Position numbers and translations under genes: made by a program. The notes under the pieces were generated by a model that saw only the letters and a program-made list of their open reading frames with translations, made no database searches and was not told the origin of the DNA. A stretch of 64,000 nt of DNA, from contig CM041465.1 of assembly GCA_023213395.1 (NCBI GenBank), positions 197,105,741 through 197,169,740 on the forward strand, given 5' to 3'. Shown here piece after piece: positions 52,261 to 64,000 of this stretch (position 1 is the first letter of the stretch; each line of letters begins with the position of its first letter). The DNA comes from Cycas panzhihuaensis (taxonomy: Eukaryota; Plantae; Cycadophyta).

Positions 52261-54241
52261 AATATGGAAAAAATTAATAGACTATGTTTTGTCCATATAG
52301 TTGTATAATTATATAGATTTATACAAACAAGAACAACTATACAGAATGAAAAAATAGTCTTAACTTAAAGCTGATATTCTACTCTTTTATGATTCATATA
52401 TATATATTTTAATAATCCCTTCTAGATTCTTTAGAAATAACCTAAAAAAGGTATAATTGTGTAAGTTTTTTTGACAAAAAATGCCTGTATCTTTTCAAAC
52501 ACTCAATGAAATCCCACAAATTTATAAAAGAATGAAAGATCTTAAATAAATAAAGATTTTGAGTTTGATCTTACAAAAAAAAACTAAGAGATTTGAGAGA
52601 AATTTGTGAATGAAGTTTGGAATAGGTGCCTATTATAAATTTTTTTTTTTTTTGCTTAACCATCAAGAGTTTGGGTTTGAGCCTTTAGAATAGATTAATC
52701 TCCTTGCCAAGATGAATCTACCCACTACATTTTATTTGATTTTAAGTACTTTAAAAAATCATATCTAGTTTTGTACGATTTTGTATTGTACCATACTATA
52801 GTTAATGTGGTTATACGACACCCTTTTCTCCTTATTTGAACTGCAAACACTTTCTTCAAATCAATTTTCTCAAATTTCATCTTGCCAATATTAGATTTTA
52901 GATAGGTTTAAATTTGCAAACTTGCTCTAATACCATGTTAAAACACTCAATTAATCTGAGAAGACAATGCTTCAATGCAATAATGAGTAGAGAGAAACTC
53001 TTATATAAATATATCATGTGCACTTCAAGAGGCTAGTGCGTATTAGCCAAGTGTATTAATACATTAAAGAGTGGTTAGACACATAACCCTCAACTTTATC
53101 TTAGGAAACTTTAGAATACAAAAGATAGAACATTATTTCTCTAATACAAAATAAGTATATTTGGCCTCATCATTAGACATCAAATTTAATTAATAGGTAT
53201 TATATTAAATTATCCTTAAAAGGCACCACATCATAGATCAAAATGGTGACCTCTAAACCAAGATTCGAATGGTTTCGACAAGTTCAAATTCTAACATCTA
53301 TAGTAGAAGTTATGGAAAAAAATGAACAAGTACTTCATTTAGAAAATTAATTAAAAAAAAAAAAGTTTTAACCCCTTTTGGACTTTGGTCCCTAGTCACT
53401 TTTAGTATATGACCATCCATTAGTAGGAAAGGAGTTAACTATTAGACTCTACATTTTATCCAATTTTAACTTAATATAATAATTTAAAAAAAATCTAAGA
53501 TGCGTATTTACCTCTATAAATCTAGGTAATGGTGCATTGTATGAAGTTAAACAATGATAAAAGATGAACAATAATTACATTAATCGATCAAATAAGAGTA
53601 TGTAGGGACAAATATTATCATTACTGATCACTAGGAGATGTTGAAATGGTTCAGATCATTGATGAAAGAGCATAGTTATACAATGACTTTATGGCTAGTG
53701 ACTAAGATAACCCTATGAAATATAAACTCATAGATGAGCATCTTACAGTAATGGAGGAATAATTTAACATAGATCTTACTAAATGAAATGAAGGTAAGTT
53801 AGGAAATATCTGATGCAAATGATGAAAAACATAAAAGCACACTTGGTTAAACAAAGAAAATGACTTGAACACTTCTTGATATTTTTATTTTTCTTACAAA
53901 TATGGGTCAAACAATGAAAATGGCAAAAATGGCCTACGGATATAACCCAACCTCCAATTTTTTATTCATTTGATAAGTTTGATAGGGTCCCAAATAATTG
54001 GTAGTCATCATACTTACTTCATATATGACATTTGTTCATGAGACCTCTCCTTATAACACTTGTTGTAAGTGAACACATAGAAATATCACTCTTTATAATC
54101 TTATGTAGTGATATGCTATAATATAACCTTTTGTCTAAATGACACTGAGTTTTACATAAATCTCTCTTATTAGTTACTCTCTTACCTCATGACAACCCTT
54201 ATTCTAAATGATGATAGAACATAATGATGTTTCCTTCCTAT

Positions 54242-54284
54242 GCCCCCCCTAACCCCCCCTTCCCGCCCCCCCCCCCCAAGCCCC
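54242..54284 (-). repeat. C-run cluster (G-rich on minus strand)
   Basis: Five or more runs of C3+ within 43 bp. Confidence 0.85.
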
Positions 54285-56996
54285 TCACATAGGATGTTCT
54301 TGCCTAACATTTCTTTATGAACGAAAATCTCTTCACTTTGATGTTGGATATTCACCTATATTTGGGCTATTTGAAATGACACTCTAATTCTCTTTCACCT
54401 GCAGATAGATGAACCTAAAAGTAATATCATTTTGACATAGATTATTAAAGTTCTAAGCCCTCAACCTTAATAATTTTTTAGAAATAATATATATTCCTTA
54501 AATTAACAACTTCAATCAGATATTAGATTATTCACACAACGTAAATATCCTTATAAAACATGGAAGGTGTAGATTAATAAAAGAACTAAGATGGAAAGCT
54601 GAATGGGTAAAATTTCCCCTAGGTACCAAGTGCCATAATATTAGATTAAATTAAAAATAAAATCAAGATTATATAATAAGTTTGCTAGGCCTCTTTATAT
54701 AGGTATAAAATTAGGCCCTTTAATAAACTAACTTTTTTTTTTGGGTAAGGCTTAAATAAATGTGGGGGTTTAAAAGGGGGCCCCAACCCCTTTACAAAAT
54801 CTACTGAATCAACCACTTAGATCTACCATGATAAGCCCATGATCTGGATTTAAAATAAACCAAACCTAAGCAACTGTTTCCTAGCTACCGAGAATGGACA
54901 TGTACACCACCTCTCAGGTAAGCACAGGTGCATTTCTAACCTCATCTTTTATTAACTTTAGAATGTAATTGAATATTCATTAAACATGTTCTACATGCTA
55001 CTAATTGACTGCATGGTTGTTATGCCTGGCTTGCCTACTCACTTATACTTGCATCTATTGTTTTAGCCTATGATGACTCAGGAAAAACATCCCATGGTAC
55101 ATCATGGCCCTCCACCACACTTCCACAACATTCTCAAGTACTCCTAGCTCTCACAACTTACTTTTAATTGCCTTTTTAATGTAGTGTGATCCCTAACGAC
55201 CCATTTAGACCTGATCACCCTCCTCACTTGCTACTTGTCTCATAATGGGGCCCAATTACCACCTTTTTCTTTACTTATTATGGTCCCACTAGCACTTAAA
55301 GTCTCCTAGACACCTCGACAACCTGATATTCTATTCTTTCAGGGTCTATGACCCTTTTTTTGGGGCCTTTTAGGCCCCTTTTTATTTTTTTTCCTTATTT
55401 TGAGCACACCGTGGAACTGTTCATGGTACCATAATAAACTGCATGGCACCATGAAGTTTGGCATAGTGGAACTTTCTACTTTCAATTTTTGGCCTGGAAA
55501 CGACTAGTTTCATATTAATTGTGAAACTAACATGTGGCATCAAGCTATTTCTTACCTAGGGTGATCCCTAATCACTGGATAGGTTAGGGTTGGGTATAAA
55601 AACCCAATTTTAAGCTCATTTGCTTCCTTTTGGCTCATTTTTGGAAAGAAGGAAAGGCCTCCTTCAACTATCTCCTGCTCTCCTCTCTTGTCTCTTTCTT
55701 CATTAGGGGAAAACCCCTAAGCTGTGGGTCTATAGCAGTCTGATTCGAGTAAGTTCTCCTCTTAAGTGCTCTCTCCAACCATTGCATCAAGTTTTCTATA
55801 GGTTTCACACTCTTTTAGGCTATTAAAGGTAACTTTCCTCCATCCATCAAGGGAGATCCTCCTTTCCCAACTGCTCTATGAGGTAAAAAACTGTTTTAAG
55901 TTAGTTTTCATGCGTACATTTTTTTATTTCATTCCATTAATAATAACATCTTCTAAATATTATTTCAGGTTTTCTATAAACCTCTTCCATACACTTATTC
56001 TTTGGATCATTCCTAAAGGAGGGCAAACCCTTCCTTCTCTTGGCTCACCCTCTTTACATTTTGAGGTTTCTTTCAGGCTTCCATCAAGAAAGTTATGGGA
56101 AAATTATAGAAAAGGGAAGAGAAGCTTAAGGCTAGGGTTCTAACTCTCTTGGCCACCTCCTCCAGGGTATCCTCCTACCCTTTGCAATTTTTCTCACCTC
56201 ATACCTATCTTGCATGCATAGAAATCCTTAAGGTAAGGAGATTCTATTGGTTGTAGCATTTGCAACTATTTGTAATGCCTACAACCAGCCCTCAAACACC
56301 ACTAAAATCTATTTTTTTTTAGCAAATCTTTGTAGTTTGTAAGTTTCCTACTTTATCTTATAAATCTTGTAAAAGTTACATATTGTAATTTTTGCAACAT
56401 TTGTAGCTTTTATGTCTTTTATAACTTCTATTGCTCATAAACTTTATTACCTTCCCTTTTACTTAAAAGCTATAATCTCTTGTTTGATCCACAGGTCTGG
56501 AGCACTTGAGTGTGTGGAGGTGCCTTATTCAGAGGGCTGGCCATTCTGAGGCTCTCTTTCTCTCCCCTTATACCCCCCTTTTTGCTAAAGTTACTTGAGC
56601 ATTTTACATGCATGTAAAAGAAGGTTTGAACACACATTGCTTCTATTTAAAAAGCATTTAAATAAGATCATGTTTTTCTTTTAGCAAGTATAGAAATATA
56701 TATACAAATGCACATTTGCTCTTATATATATTCAACACCCATGGAAGGAGAAATTGACTTATTGCATATGTCTCACTTTTGAAGCAAGTAAGGATTATTG
56801 TGGAAGGTACCGGTACTCCTTTTACTTTCATTACTTTACTTTGAGCTTTCCTTTTTCATTGTGACTCCTTTTTTTCATTTCTTTCTGCATAAGATCTTTA
56901 GGGAAGGTAAGGGCAAACACTTTTCCTATGATGCCAACTATGGCAAGGAGCATGAGGCTAGTGAAAGAGGATCGTAAAGAAAGGAGAAAGGCTTGT

Positions 56997-57635
56997 TGTT
57001 AGATAATGTGACAACAATGTTTTGGAGGATCAAATTTTGATATGTTGGCATTATAGTTTCCTCCCCAAACTTCTACGGGGGGTTCCAAGGGGTGCGAGAG
57101 GCCCCCTTAGCTAAGGGGGTACTAGAGGAGTTGGAACGCCCCTCGCAAAGGGATTCACTCAAAAGGCTAGCATTGAAAAGCATACTGAATTGTAAAGAGA
57201 ATTAAGGCCATTTGCTAAAAATACCCTAGATTTTATGGTCGAGATTTGTGCCTTATATGACTCTCTCATATAGTACAATTTATGATGTTTTTTTATTATG
57301 TTGGTGGTGTTCAATGTATTGGATGTATTGTGAGGAGTTGGGCAGTTGGTTATTATTGCTATGAGTATTCTACTATAGATTATATACATTTCTCTATTCT
57401 TTGATAATAAAGATTAATACCTTTCCTATATGGATGTTTCCCTAGAACACTGCTAAGGTTTTACCACGTTATATTGGGTGTATATGTGATGTTTGGCTTT
57501 TTTATTTATTTTATTATATTATCTATAGTTTAAGAACTTTCAAGTTAAATTTCAGTTTCGATTCCTATAACTAGTTGCAAAATAGTTTAGATCTTGGTGG
57601 CGATTTCAGATTATTAGGACCTTGTCTTCTCAACA
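56997..57635 (+). mobile_element. Solo LTR (639 bp, Copia-like) inserted in LTR C
   Basis: TGTTAGA...CTCAACA; flanks CTTGT/CTTGC; AATAAA and GGATGT..ACCACGT U5-like motifs; flanks rejoin to match LTR A near 3260. Confidence 0.72.
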
Positions 57636-58859
57636 CTTGCTACACCAACTGTCACAGTTTTAGGTGCACCTACTCCAACCTTATATTCTTTCTCATCCTT
57701 CTCCCCCTCTCCTAAAAGGAGAAAAGAAAAGGAAAGGTCACATACACTTTTTTTTTGCTTGTGGATTGCTCAATTTGCACTCATTAGGAAAAGAAATAGC
57801 CTCTTGTATTAGTAGGCACTAACTCTACTAGCAAAATGATTTCACCCCTTTATTGCATTTCCATTCTTTTTTGCATGTTCTTACATTTACTAGGATAAGG
57901 ATACAAAGGGATTTATACCCCTCTATCATTATTACTCTTTCTTATGCACTACTAGGGTAGTTTACATTAATCGCTACACTCTTTTCATGTGATTTCTTAT
58001 CCTCTTAGTTCCTTTGCTTCTATTATCATTCGTAAAAGAAAAAGAGAGAGAGAGGAAGCAAGAATCAAAAGATGGTATTGTTATTATTCTTTTTTATTCT
58101 TTTAATTTGTAATAAGTTAGCAATAATGACACTTTATATCATTACACTACTCATCTAAAACAAAATAAAAATATATCGCATAGTATCATACGTACTTAAC
58201 CGCCCACCTAATGTTTAGAAACCTTAGGAGCACCCTCCTTTAGGTGCCCTTTGGTAAGGCATCATCTTGTCTTACCCCATTTAGGAGTTGGTTCTTCTAC
58301 TAGACCTTCTTTTTGTATCCTCACTATTCCCTACCTCTTTCTTGTCTATGGGCATCCCCTTTGCATTAGGGTCCATCTCTTCTTCTCCCTCCTTCTTAGG
58401 AAAAGTATCTTTTCGCCTTATCTCTTCTTCCTCAACCCGTTAGGATAGGAGAGTCCCCTTGAGGCTACTCGGTATCCCCTTGAGGCTACTCGATGAACTG
58501 AGGGAGCCTCTTACTCATCTTGAATCTGAGAAGGTACTTATCCTAAGGGAAGGTTTGTGTGCTATTTATAGGTCCTCGAACTTATGTTCCGATGCATGAA
58601 CACCCTTTATGGGTGATATTTTCTTCTGCTTCTAAGGATCCTTTATCCCCTTGATTAAGGATTATATAGTCTTGATCCTATTGTATCTGGTGACCCCCTG
58701 GAGGTGCGCTTCCACTAGCAACCATATTAGGGACTCATTAGTAAAGGATCTATTCTAGTTTCCTTTCTATTGGCACTACCTCTCCTTTGGTAGTCCTTCT
58801 TGATTCATTGGGAAACCCCCAACATCTTTAATTCTGTTACCCCTCCTTCTTCCAAATCT

Positions 58860-61800
58860 TAGGAAGGATTTGTACGCGATGATTCTCTCATCGTTTGCGA
58901 GGTCTCCCTCCTTCTTACGAAGACTTACCCTATTTCTCCCTTACATTGTCTAATTCCAAATTAGCTATGGAGGGATTCCCTTTAGATTAGGCATACCATG
59001 CCTATGTTTCTAAAACCCAACAACCTTCAACTTCTTTACAATGTACCACCCAAGAGGGTGAAGACCCCATCTTTCATCTAAGTAATCAAGAGCACCCACA
59101 TGTCGATCACCTTTCCACTCACAATGTGGAAGATTCTTCCCCCATGGGGTATCACCATCTTGGTGACAATGCCTATGAGGATCACCTTGTGGGCTCTACT
59201 TTATATGAGGAGCCTTCAACCTCATACGAGAAAGTAGGAACCCCTCTTGTAGATATGGTGGAAGTGCTTAATCAATGCTTCCAAGCTGCTAATTTCCAAC
59301 CACCTCCTAAGTGGTTGCAAAGCATCTTGCGAAGCATGGCGCCTCCCTCTTCCTCGTCCACACCCCCACACTTATCCCACTCATCTTTATTATCTACAAT
59401 GGGGCCATCCCTCATTACTTCTTCTTCTTCTTGTGGCCCACATCCTTTAGGGGCTACCCGAGGTGTGCCCACTTCCTAAATTGGGTTGAGTATACCTCCT
59501 CATAGTCAGGCAACCATGCCTCAACCAACCATGGTCCATCCACCTTCTATTAGACCTAGGGGGCCTACATGTCTCCCTACCTCTAGCAATGTGGGATAAA
59601 TCCCCACATGCCCCCAAGCTTAACCCAAGGATTCATCTCTTTATGTGCCCTTGGGATACACTTCCTAACCATGGGGGTATGGTAAAGGGAATCCTCTTCC
59701 CGTCTATGGGATGGACCCCTTTCACTCGTATGGGGTCGCACCACCTATTGGTAGCCCATATGGGTAAAATATAGACTTGCACCTATATGTCCCTCCTTCT
59801 TACATCTCTTCATATACCGTGCCTTTGTAAGGAGGAAAAGCCCCTCTTCAAGGCATCCTCTCCCAAGTCCCCTTTCAACAAGAGGTGCACCTTCAAGGAG
59901 AGATAGGTCTTTCCTACCCATTTGCCTCTTTTCCAGTCCCCTCACACCCATGATTAGTCTCTTCCCTCCAAGTGGGAGGAAGTTCATATCCCCTTTTTGA
60001 TCAAACTTCCCAAGGAAGATTTGGGCATACTTGCCCACCTCTTCCTTCATCCTTTGTTGACTTAGCAGTTCAACCAAGGGCCTGTCCCTTCATGGATTAT
60101 AGATCAACCCCTATCCATCGAGGCATTAAGGACCAACTTACCGCCCATCCTCCTAAGGTACCTAAGTTTGATGGGACCTCTTCTCAAGACCCAACAAAAC
60201 ATGTCAAGAGATTTTCCATGGTGTGTATTGACTATTGGGCCTATGATCATATCTTGATGAAGCTCTTTCCATATTCCTTACAAGGTGATGCCTTTAAGTG
60301 GTTCTATCACCTTCCTGCACATTTAATTCACTCATTCCAATAGATCATAAATGGGTTTATCAACTACTTTGACATTGTTCACCCCTTCAAGAGTGGAATG
60401 AAGGCCCTTTTATCCCTCAAACAAAGTCTCAAGGAAATGAATCATGACTTTGTTAGGCATTTTCATGATCTCCTTCACTCCACAAAGGTTACCTTGCCTA
60501 AGGAGTTGAAAATAGATATTTTTGTAATTGTTCTTCATCCAGAAATATATATTGAGGTCCTCAAGATGGAGGCAACAACATGTGACTCTTCTATAGCTAA
60601 ATGTTTGGCTCTCTAGGCTATTGAGATCCAAGCAGGTCTCAAGAAACCTCTTAGATCATCGCAAAAGCATGAGGCACCCCCTCCATCTCGTGACACCAAA
60701 ACTTAGTAACCTCCTAAGTCTTCAACCCATTTAATGGAGAAGACCTTGGAACCATTAAGTTTTGCCATACATTCTTTTGAATATATGATGAAGGAGCTCA
60801 AACTCCAAGCTCTTCCTTCATCACTAACATCTCATTAACTTATTCATCAAGCCTTCCAAGTAGCACCTACTAAGAATAGAAATGCCCATGCTTCTTAAAC
60901 AAAGAAGATAAACTCTTTCTTAGAGAAGAAATAGTGCTCTATTTAGGGTGAATGCTTCAATGAGGATTTACAATGTAGGACACATCATTCTAAATCTGCC
61001 TTACATCATGACTCCTTTCCTAAACAGGTATTTGGGCCCAATCTAGACCAACCCATTTATAGAGATCCCTTTCCCAAATACGGGGAATGAAATCAACACA
61101 CCAAACAAGGTGGGAATCGAAATAGGGGAAGATCCTCTAACCCTCATCCCATGCAAGCTAAGGGGAAGGGAGTAAGGAACTCTCCCTCCTCTTCTAATTC
61201 TCACTGTTAAACCTCTTCTCCCTCTTGATCCTAAAATAAAGGAAAGAGAGTTACCTAGATGTTTGAGACCACACCTTTATATGCTTTGACTCAATATCAA
61301 GTGGCCAAAGAGGCCATAGGTACCTCTTCTTCCTCTCAGCTTGACCCTCCTTTAGAGAATCCTCTTTCAAAGATTTTTTCACTCCCTAAGACGATCCCTA
61401 TTTATCCCAGTCATTATGATTTTCAAAGGGTGCTTCCCCAACCCATTGGGAAAGGGAAGCCCTTCTCCATCATAGATGAGCTTCATACCATGGCTACAAG
61501 GATATTTATGATGGACATCTTAAGGAGCTATCCAGAGTAGCACACTCTCCTTTTGGAGAATCTAGGGTTGGTCGATGCTTCCATTCATGCTTTGGATGTT
61601 GTCCCAAGTCATGAACCCATTATCTTATTTAACCTTAAAGATCTCCCCTTGACTAATGAAAGGGAACACCAATGGAACTACCCTTTCACTATATCCATAG
61701 ACACTCTTAAGTGTACTCTTTGAAGAACTATTATAGACAACAGTTCTTCCATCAATGCTATGCCTTTGCGTATTATGCAAGAGCTAGGTATAACAGCTCT

Positions 61801-64000
61801 TAAGCTAGTCTCATGGCATTGTTAAGGCTATGATGGTAGCGAGAAAATGCCTTTAGGGTCCATTTCTATTCCTCTTACCCTTAGGAATAAAACTATCCTA
61901 ACAGACATCATGGTCCTCAACATAGACATGGACTATAATCTTTTATTGGGATGCCCATGACTCGATCAGATGGGACCTATGTATTCATCCCATTTAGGAC
62001 AACTCAAATTTGTCCACAAGGGACAAATAAAGGTTGTTTCCTAGGAGCCTCCTCCCACAAAGCAATCACATTAATCTCATCAAGTAGTTCATAACCTGAT
62101 GAAGGGAAACAAGGGCTCATCCACCCATGCTTCTACTTGCTTTATTCACATTCCTAGTTTGTCTTATTCAGAAGAGGGCCTTTTTACTTCTTCCTCCAAC
62201 CTTAGTCGTTTTGCCCCTATTGGTGTGGGGAGTTATGTGTACCTCACTGTGTTGAGAAATGATGAATCTAATGGTGAGTATGAGGACCTCCCTCACCCCA
62301 TATCCTTCTTGAACATGAGTAGGGGGTGTTTGCTTCATTTTCGGTCATGAACTGAAGCTTCTTCCATTGAGGAGCCTAGTCCCCTTGCTACCCTCGTTTC
62401 TTGTATGACTTCCCTTCTCACTTGATCTTCTACCTCATCACCCTCCTCAAGTGATGAGACAAGAGAACCTCCTGTCATCCATCACAGGAGATTTCCCTCT
62501 GACTCTTCTGAAGAGTCCCTCGATTATGTCGAGTGGTGGGTCAATCGCTATGGTCCCCTCACTCATCTTACTCTTATTGCTCATCTTCTCCAAGTATAAC
62601 TATCCATGGAGTAGATTGCTTCGAGAATGATGAGGTGTTATTAGAGCACCTAGTGGGCTCCACATCCAACCTCCCTCTTGGTCGCCATAAACTTGGTTAC
62701 CAGAAGATTTTAGCCCTTGGGTCATCCTTAGTTGGCCAAATCTGCCTAATTCCTTTTCACCCCTTCCTATTGACCAAGGTCCCCTTCATTTCAAGGAAGG
62801 GAATGCCATGTGTATGGGGGAAACTAAGGGTCCTTACTCTTGGCAAGGTCATTAAGGTAGGAGCATAGTGTTCCCCTGAAGAAATGAAGGAATACACCCT
62901 TCTTTTTTAAGAGTTCCATGACGTTTTCACATAGGATTACACTCACATGAAGGGAATAAACCCTTCCATTATCACCCATAACCTTACTACTATTCTGGGC
63001 GATCATCTTATACCCACTCTATCCTAAAATTTCCACTGCCATGAATATGGAAGTTAAGAAACTCTTAGATGTAGGGTTGATCACCTCCATTGATTACCCT
63101 AAGTGGGTCTCAAATATCATTCCTATTGCTAAAAAGAATGGAATGATTCAGATATGCATTGATTTCTACGATATCAATAATGCATGTCCCAAAGATAACT
63201 TCCTTTTACCTTTCATCGATCAAATCATCGATGGAACAACTAGATTCAAAGTCATTTCCTTGATGGATGGTTTCTCTGGGTATAACTATATCTAGATTTC
63301 TCTTGAAGACCATCACAAAATGGCCTTCACCACTCCTTAGGATGCCTTCACTTATAAGGCAATGCCCTTTGGACTAAAAAATACAGGTGCCACTTATTAA
63401 AGGGTGATGCAATTCATCTTCTATAACCTCATAAATAAAACCCTTGATGTCTTCAGGGATGACATGATGTGCCTTTCACATAAAAGGGCCCAACATCCCA
63501 ATGATTTATATGCCATCTTTACTAGGTGTCGCAAATACCATGTTAGCTTGAATCCTCTTAAATGCGTGTTTGTTATAATAACTGGAAAACTTCTGGGTTT
63601 TCTTGTTTCAAAATAAGGAATCTAGATTGACCCTAATAAAGTCAAGGCCATCCTTGACATGCCTCCTCCCAAGACTCAATGGTAAATCAAGTCATTCTTG
63701 GGTAGGTTGGGTTTCCTTATGCATTTTTTGGAAAATTTCACCATAAATGCTAAATCTCTCACTAACTTATTGAAGTAGAGTCCTCTATTCATTTGGTCTC
63801 CAAAGGCCTAGGAAGCTTTCCAAGAGCTCAAAAGAGCCTTGGTTTCCACCTTGATCTTGGTGTCTCCCCTCTTTGATTGACCTTTTATCCTTTACACCTC
63901 AGCTACTTATGAATCCTTGGGGGCTATGCCCGCTCAAGAGGATGATTTGGGAATTGAGAGGGATATCTATTTCATCAATCACACCTTAGTTATTACTAAT
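58860..64000 (+). pseudogene. gag-pol of copy C (Pro-rich N-terminus, capsid, PR, linker, RT, RH), decayed
   Basis: ORF fragments 59972-60616, 61259-61540, 63041-63295 and 63404-63616. Confidence 0.88.

Larger units (their letters stand above)
39666..53146 (-). mobile_element. Older full-length Ty1/copia (LTRs 39666-39877 and 52936-53146), split by the young Copia
   Basis: ~212-bp direct repeats; PBS GCTCTAATACCA 52924-52935; PPT CCCTCTCTT 39878-39886; gag at 51582-~52260; knuckle/PR/INT/RT/RH remnants at 39885-43331; no clean TSD. Confidence 0.92.
54875..64000 (+). mobile_element. Tat-like gypsy copy C: 5' LTR (54875-~58724), gag, protease, RT, start of RH; continues past the window
   Basis: LTR start TGTTTCCTAGCTAC; gag KVPKFDG...LMKLFPYSLQGDAFKWF; IIDNSSSIN protease; RT WVSNIIPIAKKNG..ICIDF...SLMDGFSGYN; degraded PBS-like TAGGGACTC at ~58728. 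Confidence 0.9.

Noticed and set aside
53147-54870. Gene fragment or additional LTR
   Set aside because: Some exon-like and TATA-like traces, but no boundaries, repeat partner or recognisable motif

Overview
AT-rich plant heterochromatin-type DNA made almost entirely of nested, mostly decayed retroelements. I see no intact host gene, RNA gene or CRISPR array. Plant origin is inferred from Ty1/copia elements with tRNA-iMet primer sites, Tat-like Ty3/gypsy elements, a plant-type epoxide hydrolase remnant and strong CG/CHG C-to-T decay; a gymnosperm or seed-free plant is plausible but unproven. Main contents: (i) three copies plus a solo LTR of a Tat-like gypsy family with ~2.5-3.2 kb LTRs. Two copies (A, B) carry an archaeal-type RNase H (aRH) as an apparently stand-alone ORF upstream of the PPT, the LTRs share conserved GT-AG intron-like units, and copy B has gag-protease-aRH but no RT/RH/integrase. 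(ii) A young, structurally complete Copia (43337-51576, minus strand, 5-bp TSD ATATT) with a 3.4-kb leader, inserted into the gag of an older Copia (39666-53146). (iii) An intronless epoxide-hydrolase pseudogene plus a second unidentified exon-like fragment just downstream of an LTR+PBS, a candidate for LTR-mediated gene capture. (iv) A decayed L1-like LINE, a second gypsy (D) with an extra 3' ORF, several partial Copia and solo LTRs, and mini/microsatellites. All calls come from reading the sequence by eye; coordinates of old elements are approximate.
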